From NCBI GenBank assembly GCA_964409235.1, contig CAYPCN010000004.1, positions 7,805-71,804 on the forward strand: 64,000 bases of DNA. Direction: 5' to 3'. This document shows positions 7,712 to 15,724 of the stretch, piece after piece (positions within the stretch are counted from its first letter, which is position 1; every line of letters begins with the position of its first letter). A program made the position numbers and the translations under genes. Source of the DNA: an uncultured bacterium. GTDB lineage: Bacteria > Chlamydiota > Chlamydiia > Chlamydiales > FEN-1388. A model generated the notes under the pieces. It did not search any database. It was not told where the DNA came from and was given only the letters and a program-made list of their open reading frames with translations.

Positions 7712-9921
7712 CGCGTCTCCTTACGATGATGGCGTTTCTTCGATGGTTTTTTCGTTGGTGCTGTTTTTACACGGCCTACCATCTTCCACGACGCCTCTTG
7801 CATGACGAGGTCAACCTTCGAGCAGTTGACAATGATATGATCTCCAGATCGGTATAGAATCCCTGTGTTGCAACCCCGAAGCAGTGATTTGGCATCGTCG
7901 AAAAGAAAATAATCATCTTCAAGTTCTGAAACGTGAAGAAAGCCTTCGATCATGATGTCGATGATGTCGAAGAAGAGGCCAAAAGGCTTTATTCTAGTGA
8001 TGATTGCCGTATAGTGTTGTTGAGGAGACTTCTGGTGTTCTTGGAGAAGAAATCGGAGCTTTTTCATCGTGATCAGAGAACCCTCGGCGCGGGCGCTGAG
8101 GCGTTCTTTTTCTGATGCTTCCTGGCAGATGGCTGTCAGCTTCTCTTTGTCCGGCCCCTGTTCAAGGAGCAGGCGGTGGATAATGATGTCGATATATCGC
8201 CGTATAGGGCTGGTAAAATGGCAGTAGTGTTCGAGGCCAAGGCCATAGTGCCCGATATTATCGGGCGAGTAGCAAGCAAGGCGCATGCTTTTGATATAGC
8301 ATGTGGCGAGATAGCTGGCGTGGGGAGATCCTTCAATGTCGAGGAAAAACCGTTGGATGTCATGTGGCTCTGGCACTGGAGGAAGGTGGAAGCCGAAAGC
8401 GGCAGCAAGCGTTGAGAAATCGCGCAGGGACTCTTCTGCTGGCTCTTCGTGCACGCGGTACGAGACTTCCTTGCCGTGGCGGGCGAGGTGAATGGCCACG
8501 ATCTCGTTGGCCTTCAGCATGAACTCTTCAACCATCTGGTGGGTGATGTCGTACTCTACCACCTCCATGCCAGTGGGGTTTCCATTGTCATCAACCTTGA
8601 CAATCGTCTCAGGAACGTACAACTGGACGCTTCCTCGTTCGCTGCGGCGAATTTTCAGGAGTTCACACACGCGGACCATATTCCTCAGCAAGGCGGCGTG
8701 TTGGCTCTGCATTTTGCCGTCTAAAATCTGTTTCGCCTGCTTGTAGGTAAGTCGTTTCTTGCTTTTGATGACGCTTCTCGTGATCTCCCAGCTTGTTGTC
8801 TCTCCCGTTTGAGAAATGTTGAAGAAGACAGAGACAGCAAGGCGACTGACATTGGGCTTGAGCGAACAGAGGTTTTCAGAGAGTTCTTTGGGGAGCATGG
8901 GGATACAGACGTTGGGGAAATAGGTCGAGTTGCAGCGGAGAGATGCTTCGATGTCGAGAGCGCTGTTTTCGCGAACGTAGTAGGAGACATCGGCAATGTG
9001 AACGCCGATGCGGTATTCCTGGCCTACGACTTCCAAGGAGATAGCGTCATCGAAATCTTTGGCGGTGTCGGGGTCGATGGTCACGCATTCGAGATCTCGA
9101 AGGTCAGCTCTGTCCTTAAGATCCGCTTGTCGGACTCGCCGTCCAAACGTCTTGGCTTCCTTAATGACTTCATCTGAAAATACATCTCGAATGCCGCCTT
9201 CAAGGATGGCGAAGGGAATGTCGGTCTTTGGATCGCTCACGTTGCCGAGGACCTGTGCGATCGAGCATTGCGTAGGCTCTTTTTTCTGTCCCCAAGAGAG
9301 GACGTCAAGCAAGACGCGGTCCCCTCTTTTCACCCGGTCTGTCGGCTGGACGCGGCATTCTATGGGATGCATCTCACCGAGAAGGGACGAGTAAATGCTG
9401 ACGTTTGTATGAGAGCGCTCTACAACCGTCCCCACGATCTGTCGATGCTTTCGCTCTACGACGAGAGCTACTTTTCCTTCTGGCCCCTTTTCTGAAAAGG
9501 AGGAGAGGTTGGTAATGACGTCAACGATATCGCCGTCGACAGCGCCATTCATCATTACTTTTGGAATGAAGATGTCTTGTTGTGGCGGTGGCTGATCGAC
9601 GAATCCGAATCCTCGAGGGTGAACAGAAATCGCACCCCGGACGATGGCTTCTCCTTTTGCGAGAGGGAGATCTGTAACCTGCGGGACATGGTGGTACTTT
9701 TCATCGACGAGATGCACTTTCCCTTCGGTTTTAAGAGAATGAAGAACGCCTTCGAAGATTTCAAGATGATCGGGGTGGATATTGAGTCGCTCCATGAGCG
9801 AGTGCTTGGATTGCGGGGCGTAGTGGCGCCCTTTGATAAATTCGTAGGTTGTTTTGAGGAGGTTGTCAAAAAGCCGTTGTGTCCGCGGCGTCCGATGCGA
9901 AGATGTTGTTTTCTTAGACAT
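7708..9921 (-). CDS. rnr: ribonuclease R (3'-5' exoribonuclease, RNB family)
   Basis: 737 aa with RNB catalytic blocks (DPDTAKDFDDAISL, VHIADVSYYV, HFTSPIRRYIDII), N-terminal cold-shock-like domains, a C-terminal S1-like region and a basic tail. Confidence 0.9.
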   Translation of the reverse strand: MSKKTTSSHRTPRTQRLFDNLLKTTYEFIKGRHYAPQSKHSLMERLNIHPDHLEIFEGVLHSLKTEGKVHLVDEKYHHVPQVTDLPLAKGEAIVRGAISVHPRGFGFVDQPPPQQDIFIPKVMMNGAVDGDIVDVITNLSSFSEKGPEGKVALVVERKHRQIVGTVVERSHTNVSIYSSLLGEMHPIECRVQPTDRVKRGDRVLLDVLSWGQKKEPTQCSIAQVLGNVSDPKTDIPFAILEGGIRDVFSDEVIKEAKTFGRRVRQADLKDRADLRDLECVTIDPDTAKDFDDAISLEVVGQEYRIGVHIADVSYYVRENSALDIEASLRCNSTYFPNVCIPMLPKELSENLCSLKPNVSRLAVSVFFNISQTGETTSWEITRSVIKSKKRLTYKQAKQILDGKMQSQHAALLRNMVRVCELLKIRRSERGSVQLYVPETIVKVDDNGNPTGMEVVEYDITHQMVEEFMLKANEIVAIHLARHGKEVSYRVHEEPAEESLRDFSTLAAAFGFHLPPVPEPHDIQRFFLDIEGSPHASYLATCYIKSMRLACYSPDNIGHYGLGLEHYCHFTSPIRRYIDIIIHRLLLEQGPDKEKLTAICQEASEKERLSARAEGSLITMKKLRFLLQEHQKSPQQHYTAIITRIKPFGLFFDIIDIMIEGFLHVSELEDDYFLFDDAKSLLRGCNTGILYRSGDHIIVNCSKVDLVMQEASWKMVGRVKTAPTKKPSKKRHHRKETR

Positions 9922-10000
9922 GAGCCTATATTCGTCTCTATTACAAGAAACACATTATACACCATGCGCTTCTTGTCTGACAGGAGTATTTGGCAAGGAG

Positions 10001-10016
10001 ACATTTGCGATGTGGA
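10001..10016 (-). repeat. PIE arm fragment upstream of rnr
   Basis: The plus strand ACATTTGCGATGTGGA contains the 13-mer CATTTGCGATGTG, identical to 60700-60712. Confidence 0.5.
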
Positions 10017-10138
10017 TTGTTAGATTTTTAACCAAATCTATCCGAAGCCTCTCCACCTATATGTCAGGGCATACGTGGCCAACCCTTGTAGTGCTGCCAT
10101 CGCATCAATCTAATGGACTCGGCTATGACGTCTGTATA

Positions 10139-11572
10139 TCAGGGTGGTATGGAAGAGTTTCCATGCAACCGATCATATAGCTGTTGGCACTTCTCTGCAT
10201 AGCCAGATATGTAGAACATTGAGAGACGAAGATCTGAAGAATCTGTCAGCGTTTGCAGCCTTTTCAAAGCTATATGACCCTCATTTGCCAATTCTGACAT
10301 TGTCTCTAATGCCTGTTGTATTTCGGGGGCGTCGACCTCTTGCTTTTGCAAGAATTTCTTCTGTTCTTGCATAAAAGTTCGTAGGGTTTTGGCAGTTTCC
10401 AAGCAAGAAGATAGGTCGCCGGTTTTGTTTTCAATTTTTTCTGAATTCTTTATCCACGTATCTAAGGCATTGAGGAGGTCTTCCGGTGGGTTGCAAAGCA
10501 TGTTCTTCAATTGTTCAATATAGACAGCTGAGTGAGACGGCGCTGGTGACACAGGAGGAGGGGGAGCGGCCGCTTGCAATGGGATTTGGGACGAAACGTG
10601 GGAGGGAAGGGGTTCTCGCTTCGCATCGCGTTGAGGTTGTTCGGGTTGAGCTGGTGTAGCGTCCTTTCTATTCAGCACATGGCGAAAGGCCCAATCATAC
10701 TTCTTCATTGTCGTTCGTTGTTTTTCAGTCCATTTTTTCCTTTCAGCCTGAGTGGGGCTGCCAGGCGTTATTGCTTGTTGAGCAACATGTGATGTTCGAT
10801 ATTGTGTAATGACTCTCAGAGGATCAGGATGACATCTCTGATCTCGACTATTGATCGCTGTTCGTGTGACCGATTGAAGAAATTGTTCCGTTACTCTATT
10901 CGCTGCTTGATTGGCCTTTTTCACCTCCTCTTCTGGTAAGCGATGAGCAGTATCTGATTGTAGCTTGGCAATCAAATCTTTATGGCGGGCCAAAAGTTGT
11001 ATAGTCGGGTCCGGGCTTTGATCGTTGGCATCTTTCGCTTTTTGCTTCAATTGCTGCACAAAAGCTTTAGCTGCTTCGGGATCCTGCATATCTGTGATGA
11101 TGACCCTGTCCTGAAGAAAGATGACGTCGTGACCATCGATTATCCCTCTGTTGTCATCCTGATATATTGGCTCAAATCCAGCTGATGCGAGACCGTCGTT
11201 AATATGTCGATGGACCTGTGATAGGGCGTATTCTTCATAGGCACGTTCATCAGGTGTTGTCGCGTGCGATGCTTCTTCTTGTCTTGTCCCAGAAAGTGTT
11301 TGTGCTGATGTCTCCAACATTGGAAACACACTGTCGGTAGTTGCTTGTTGGCTGAATAATGGAGGAAGTGGAGGGCTGGCCCTTGGTGGCGTTCCGAGGG
11401 CAGTGCTCGTCCCCGCCTCCTCAATCGCTTTCTGTGCTACATCCCCAGCGGTGAGATCGGTAGCAGCTACCGAAGCGTCCTGACATGGTCCAAAAGTAGT
11501 ACTGGCAGTACCGGGCGAGCTGACTGAAGGCTGTGCCGTGCTGCCGCTTGTTGGAATTTCTGACGTTCCCAT
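10139..11572 (-). CDS. hypothetical protein, paralogue A (disordered S/T/P-rich N-terminus)
   Basis: 477-aa ORF. It shares collinear blocks with the next ORF (EPIYQDD...VIFLQDRVIITDM / EPIFPDC...VRFLKEKVIISGL; LLARHKDLIAKLQSDTA / LPRHRDLIARLDAKTA). No domain recognised. Confidence 0.6.
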   Translation of the reverse strand: MGTSEIPTSGSTAQPSVSSPGTASTTFGPCQDASVAATDLTAGDVAQKAIEEAGTSTALGTPPRASPPLPPLFSQQATTDSVFPMLETSAQTLSGTRQEEASHATTPDERAYEEYALSQVHRHINDGLASAGFEPIYQDDNRGIIDGHDVIFLQDRVIITDMQDPEAAKAFVQQLKQKAKDANDQSPDPTIQLLARHKDLIAKLQSDTAHRLPEEEVKKANQAANRVTEQFLQSVTRTAINSRDQRCHPDPLRVITQYRTSHVAQQAITPGSPTQAERKKWTEKQRTTMKKYDWAFRHVLNRKDATPAQPEQPQRDAKREPLPSHVSSQIPLQAAAPPPPVSPAPSHSAVYIEQLKNMLCNPPEDLLNALDTWIKNSEKIENKTGDLSSCLETAKTLRTFMQEQKKFLQKQEVDAPEIQQALETMSELANEGHIALKRLQTLTDSSDLRLSMFYISGYAEKCQQLYDRLHGNSSIPP

Positions 11573-11587
11573 CTCTATATGAACTCG

Positions 11588-12775
11588 TTACTGACTTTTA
11601 CCCTTAAGCTTCAATGTGAGATCATTGATTGAACAAGAAGGTATCTGATAGCCATCGTGTAATCGGTTTAATGCGATTTGAGCACCCTCTTTGGCTAACT
11701 GTTCGGCATCCGTCCCTGGCTCTTGTTCCTGCGTCGTGAAATATCTGAGTATTGCGTCGACCTGAACTTTACATTCCCTCACCCGATCATCTTGTGCGCT
11801 CCCTTTTTCGCATTTCGTACGCCACTTTTGTAATTCTTGACGCAATATTTCCGCCGACTCGATTGACTTGAAGCACTCCCTTAATCCTTCGAGACTTGCC
11901 CGGGGATTCGGGTAGGGATCCACAGGGGCGGCCGCTGTCTGTGGTTTTGTACTCGAAGGCACAGGAGGAGTTGCTCGACGGCTCTTTGGTTGTATTGCCA
12001 TCTGGCGTATGTGACTGCGAAAGGCCGAATCGAGAGCACTGCTCATCTCGCCAAGCCTGCTTGGATTCCAGGGCTTGAGCTTTTGTGGAGGTGATGCAGA
12101 TAGCGATGTCGTGGCCACGACATGAACGCGAGGAGCTGTGCTATCACTGATAGTACCAGGAGAAGTCGGGTTGCGCTTTGATAAGAAGTCCGTCGCAACT
12201 CTGTGCCCAATTTTTTTCGCTTCGGTTTCACGCTCAGGTGGGATGGTAGTAGCCGTCTTTGCGTCTAGACGCGCTATTAGATCTCTATGCCTAGGAAGAG
12301 GCCATGTTTGGCCCTTTGCTCGCCCTTGTAAGGAGGCGATATATTCTGCTACTTTGTTTGGCTCTAGCCCAGAGATGATGACCTTTTCCTTTAAGAATCG
12401 TACTGTAACAGAACCATCTCGAAATACCTCGCAATCAGGGAAGATAGGCTCTCGACCGCTTGCACGAACGGCATTGTTCATGATTTCTTGCGCGAGGCTC
12501 AAGGCATAGTCGTCTTGTACAGCATCGTCGCCGAGAGCTCGGGGTTGATCGGGAATAGTCGTTTCTTGAGCTGTGTGAAGAATGGCATCTTCAGTGATGT
12601 CTGCCGGGAGACATCGGCCCGGAACGGGAGGGCGAACTGGCGGCGCGCTTGATGCCGCTGGCTGTGTGAACACTTGCTGTGCAGCCGTCGCAATTGGAGC
12701 AGGCCGCAGTTGACTTGTTGTTGGAGGGCCTGATGGGAGGTTGGGTTGAGAGGACTCTACCGATTCAGGATTCAT
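11588..12775 (-). CDS. hypothetical protein, paralogue B of 10139..11572
   Basis: 395-aa ORF with the same architecture and shared blocks as above. P/A/S/T-rich N-terminus. Confidence 0.6.
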   Translation of the reverse strand: MNPESVESSQPNLPSGPPTTSQLRPAPIATAAQQVFTQPAASSAPPVRPPVPGRCLPADITEDAILHTAQETTIPDQPRALGDDAVQDDYALSLAQEIMNNAVRASGREPIFPDCEVFRDGSVTVRFLKEKVIISGLEPNKVAEYIASLQGRAKGQTWPLPRHRDLIARLDAKTATTIPPERETEAKKIGHRVATDFLSKRNPTSPGTISDSTAPRVHVVATTSLSASPPQKLKPWNPSRLGEMSSALDSAFRSHIRQMAIQPKSRRATPPVPSSTKPQTAAAPVDPYPNPRASLEGLRECFKSIESAEILRQELQKWRTKCEKGSAQDDRVRECKVQVDAILRYFTTQEQEPGTDAEQLAKEGAQIALNRLHDGYQIPSCSINDLTLKLKGKSQ

Positions 12776-12810
12776 CTTGTATTTCCTCCTCCATGCTCAT
12801 CCCATCTATG

Positions 12811-12863
12811 AAAAATCCCTCCTATGTTTGCAAGTATTTTCAAAGAGCACGTACAACATGGAC
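12811..12863 (+). repeat. degenerate PIE right half upstream of the deacetylase gene
   Basis: AAAAATCCCTCCTATG...TCAAAGAGCACGTACAACATGGACC compared with GAAAAAGTCCTCCTGTATCCTCCAAAGGCATCTCGCAAATGGCTC. About 17/25 in the arm, with an internal insertion. Confidence 0.35.
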
Positions 12864-12885
12864 CAATGCGTAGGGAGGGAGTACC

Positions 12886-13839
12886 ATGCCGCAGACGATG
12901 ATTGTCCACAGTCCGCTGAGCTTGGCACATGAGACTGGAGAGCACCACATCGAGTCAAAAGAACGGTATACGGTGATCATCAAGGCCTTACAGGCCGCGA
13001 AGCTCCTGACCGAAGAGTCAGAATGGATAGCTACTCCCTGTTCTGAACAATGGGTATCCTTGTGTCACACCAGAGAGTACATGGACTTGGTGAAGTCGTT
13101 GTGCACAGCGCTTCCTATGGGAGAGGTCACTGACCTACCAACAGGGGATGTCAAAATCAGCCATGCGTCCTATGCAGCAGCGTTGGCAATGGTGGGAGGC
13201 GCCTTGCATGCTGCTGACGCCATTATGGCAACGAAATGTCGCAATGCCTTTGTCGTCGCCCGTCCTCCTGGGCACCATGCAGAAAGAGCTCGTGGGATGG
13301 GGTTTTGCCTTTTTAACACTATCGCCATTGCGGCACGGTATATACAGAAACAGTATGGGATACAAAAAGTCGCCATCATCGATTGGGATGTGCACCACGG
13401 CAATGGCACAGAGAAGGAATTTTTTGACGACAGTTGTGTGTACTATTTCAGCACCCATCAGAAAGGTGCGTATCCGGGAACTGGAGAGGAAGAAGTTCAT
13501 GGGACGGGAGGGAATATTGGCAATTACCCCGTCTCGCCAGGACCAAAAGCTAGAGAAACGCTGTTGCGGTTGTATTGTGAACAGCTGCCAGCCATTATGG
13601 AGCGCTTTCGTCCTCACTTTGTGCTGATATCGTGTGGATTTGACGCTCATCGGCTAGATCCGATCGCGTCGATGTCTCTTGAAACCGAGGATTTTCGAAC
13701 GCTGACGAAGGTTGCACGGACCATTGCCGAGCGATGGTGCCACGGGCGGTTGCTGTCGGTTCTTGAGGGGGGATACCACTTACAAGCATTGGCCGAGAGC
13801 GCTGTTGTTCATGTCGAAGAGTTGATGGCAGGGGACTAA
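12886..13839 (+). CDS. histone deacetylase-family (arginase-fold) Zn-dependent deacetylase
   Basis: Diagnostic blocks ARPPGHHA, IIDWDVHHGNGT, SCGFDAH and LEGGY. 317 aa. Confidence 0.85.
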   Translation: MPQTMIVHSPLSLAHETGEHHIESKERYTVIIKALQAAKLLTEESEWIATPCSEQWVSLCHTREYMDLVKSLCTALPMGEVTDLPTGDVKISHASYAAALAMVGGALHAADAIMATKCRNAFVVARPPGHHAERARGMGFCLFNTIAIAARYIQKQYGIQKVAIIDWDVHHGNGTEKEFFDDSCVYYFSTHQKGAYPGTGEEEVHGTGGNIGNYPVSPGPKARETLLRLYCEQLPAIMERFRPHFVLISCGFDAHRLDPIASMSLETEDFRTLTKVARTIAERWCHGRLLSVLEGGYHLQALAESAVVHVEELMAGD

Positions 13840-13851
13840 CACCAGCATGCT

Positions 13852-13883
13852 GCATCCTCCAAAAGGAACATCGCACATGGCTC
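13852..13883 (+). repeat. PIE right-arm fragment
   Basis: GCATCCTCCAAAAGGAACATCGCACATGGCTC. Confidence 0.7.
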
Positions 13884-13996
13884 GCAAAGAGCTCTTTACC
13901 TTCAATTAACAAAGAGTCTATACCGTTCGTCCAAAACAATGGCATGTTCACATTTTCATCTGCACACTGACGACGCAGGTGGTGGGTGATCATATG

Positions 13997-14020
13997 CCAA
14001 AAGAGCCACATCGAAAATGA
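13997..14020 (+). repeat. PIE right-arm fragment (degenerate), immediately upstream of the 14033 ORF
   Basis: CCAAAAGAGCCACATCGAAAATGA compared with the consensus CCAAAAGGCACATCGCAAATGG. Confidence 0.55.
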
Positions 14021-14032
14021 CGTTCAAAAAGG

Positions 14033-15724
14033 GTGAGACGGAGCATGAGCGTGACTGTTGGACAGCCCACGGCCGGTAGTGATATTGGTGTGCGGGATTT
14101 GCAGGTGCTTTCAAAAGACCGTGGAGAACACGAACTTGACATCGAACGAGTATCTCGCGAAGTAGAGATCTTGAAACGTCAGATTGAAGCACCGCACCCA
14201 AACCTCGTTGATATTCGCGATGCGCTGAAAAAAATGAGCAGAGAGATAGCTCCTTTCTTGGCTGATAAAGATGGCGATGAACTGCATGTTCAAGCGAACA
14301 TCGTGCATGAAACTGTGACGGATTGTTGGGAGAGGCTCTGCGCTGACCCATTACTTAAAGAGCAAGAGAAGTGGGTTGCTGCTGGCTTTGACAGGGCATT
14401 GCTAGTAAGCGATCCAGAAGCTGTCCGTTTTGCCGTGTCGACGCGGCTGATCCATACTATTAGCATGTTTAAGAAGACGGCTGACATGCTCGAGGGAGAG
14501 GTTCTTGACATCCGCAATGAGGATGGGCGCGCATTGTTTAAGGTAGAAGGGGAGTGGCTACCATATTCAGCGTTCAAAGATCGAATTCACTATTCTGACG
14601 AAGAATGTCGGTTTATCGGCTGGAATGTCATTCATCCTATGGGATTCATTCCCCGGGACTGGGCTGAGTACGGAGAAATCTATCCCATTGCAAAGGTGAC
14701 GCCTGAAGCGTATCGGAAGCTCAAGGCGCATGCAGAGCAGTTTTGGACGGCAGAGCAGCCAGAAATAGATCCTGGCTGTGAAAAGGGATATATTCTGCAG
14801 GTAATGACGACAGGGCGCGACTACCTACCGAACACATGGTGGGCGCAGAATTTCAAAGAACATTTTCCTGAGCATGGTTCTGTTCGGCTGATTACGCCCG
14901 AGGGATTTGTATATTCGTTTGGTACGAAGATGCGCCTTCCGGATCAGGAGTTTTTGAGCCACCCCTCCTCGTATCTCGGCGTTGGTATTTCCAATGTTCC
15001 GACACCCGATTATGAGGAGCCAAGGAGGTCCGATGATCGATTGATGACATCGTTGCCTGTGAGTAAAGAGCGGTGTGAGAAGATTTTGGATTTTGTCAGC
15101 CGCGCTAATCGCGGTATCTGCTTTAACTTTGCACGACAGAATTGCGTTCGTTTTGTAGCAACGGTCCTGGGCATTGCAGGTGTCGAAGTGAATATTCGCA
15201 CGTCGGTACACGAGCTCTTGAGCGGCATCGTTCCTCGCCTTTCTGACATCCCTGATATTGGAACAACGTTGTCAGCTGCTGTGTCTCGCATCGCTTGTGT
15301 TGCTGGATCTCTCTTCGACAAAATTAGTACGGTGTTAGGATATCTCCTGCCCACTCCTCTAAAAATGCTCGGTGCGTGCGTGGGACGAGTCGTCACGAGT
15401 ATTGCTCAGCGGATCGAAGCCGTCTTTTGGAATGGCATTGGCTTGTGCCTTCTCGGTGCATCGAAGAGTATCGTCCCTGAGGGACGCCTGGCGGACCAAA
15501 ATGTGCCCGAGGTGGAGACCTTCCGCCAGCTGCTGCATTGGTCTGACATAGGCACTCCTGATGCGATTCCTCTGTACTATGTTTCCAAGCTCAAAGCGTG
15601 GATGAGGCGGCAGACGACCTCGTTGCTCTATCTCAAGCCTGAGCATGGCTTTTGCTGTTTCGACCCTGATCGGGCAGATCGCCGGTTTCCAATGCTGAAA
15701 CGAAACATGTGGGAGTATGTATGA
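14033..15724 (+). CDS. hypothetical protein with a DeSI/PPPDE-like (permuted papain-fold) His...Cys signature, paralogue 1
   Basis: 563-aa ORF with a GTG start at 14033; ATG at 14045 is an alternative. EHGSVRLITPEGFVYSFG (His codon 14873-14875) and ICFNFARQNCVRFV (Cys codon 15143-15145). The C-terminal third is hydrophobic. Collinear paralogue of the next ORF. Confidence 0.65.
   Translation: MRRSMSVTVGQPTAGSDIGVRDLQVLSKDRGEHELDIERVSREVEILKRQIEAPHPNLVDIRDALKKMSREIAPFLADKDGDELHVQANIVHETVTDCWERLCADPLLKEQEKWVAAGFDRALLVSDPEAVRFAVSTRLIHTISMFKKTADMLEGEVLDIRNEDGRALFKVEGEWLPYSAFKDRIHYSDEECRFIGWNVIHPMGFIPRDWAEYGEIYPIAKVTPEAYRKLKAHAEQFWTAEQPEIDPGCEKGYILQVMTTGRDYLPNTWWAQNFKEHFPEHGSVRLITPEGFVYSFGTKMRLPDQEFLSHPSSYLGVGISNVPTPDYEEPRRSDDRLMTSLPVSKERCEKILDFVSRANRGICFNFARQNCVRFVATVLGIAGVEVNIRTSVHELLSGIVPRLSDIPDIGTTLSAAVSRIACVAGSLFDKISTVLGYLLPTPLKMLGACVGRVVTSIAQRIEAVFWNGIGLCLLGASKSIVPEGRLADQNVPEVETFRQLLHWSDIGTPDAIPLYYVSKLKAWMRRQTTSLLYLKPEHGFCCFDPDRADRRFPMLKRNMWEYV

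Noticed and set aside
10021-10040. Hairpin TAGATTT-TTAACC-AAATCTA after the 10139 gene, as a terminator
   Set aside because: The 7-bp stem consists of A/T pairs except for a single G-C pair, and no T-run follows on the relevant (minus) strand.
13877-13909. Mini-ORFs starting at the ATGGCT of PIE arms (MARKELFTFN here; MAHARY at 17509; MARAIPLRKKGRSL at 48236)
   Set aside because: There is no SD at a suitable distance. The lengths and sequences are not conserved between copies beyond the repeat itself.
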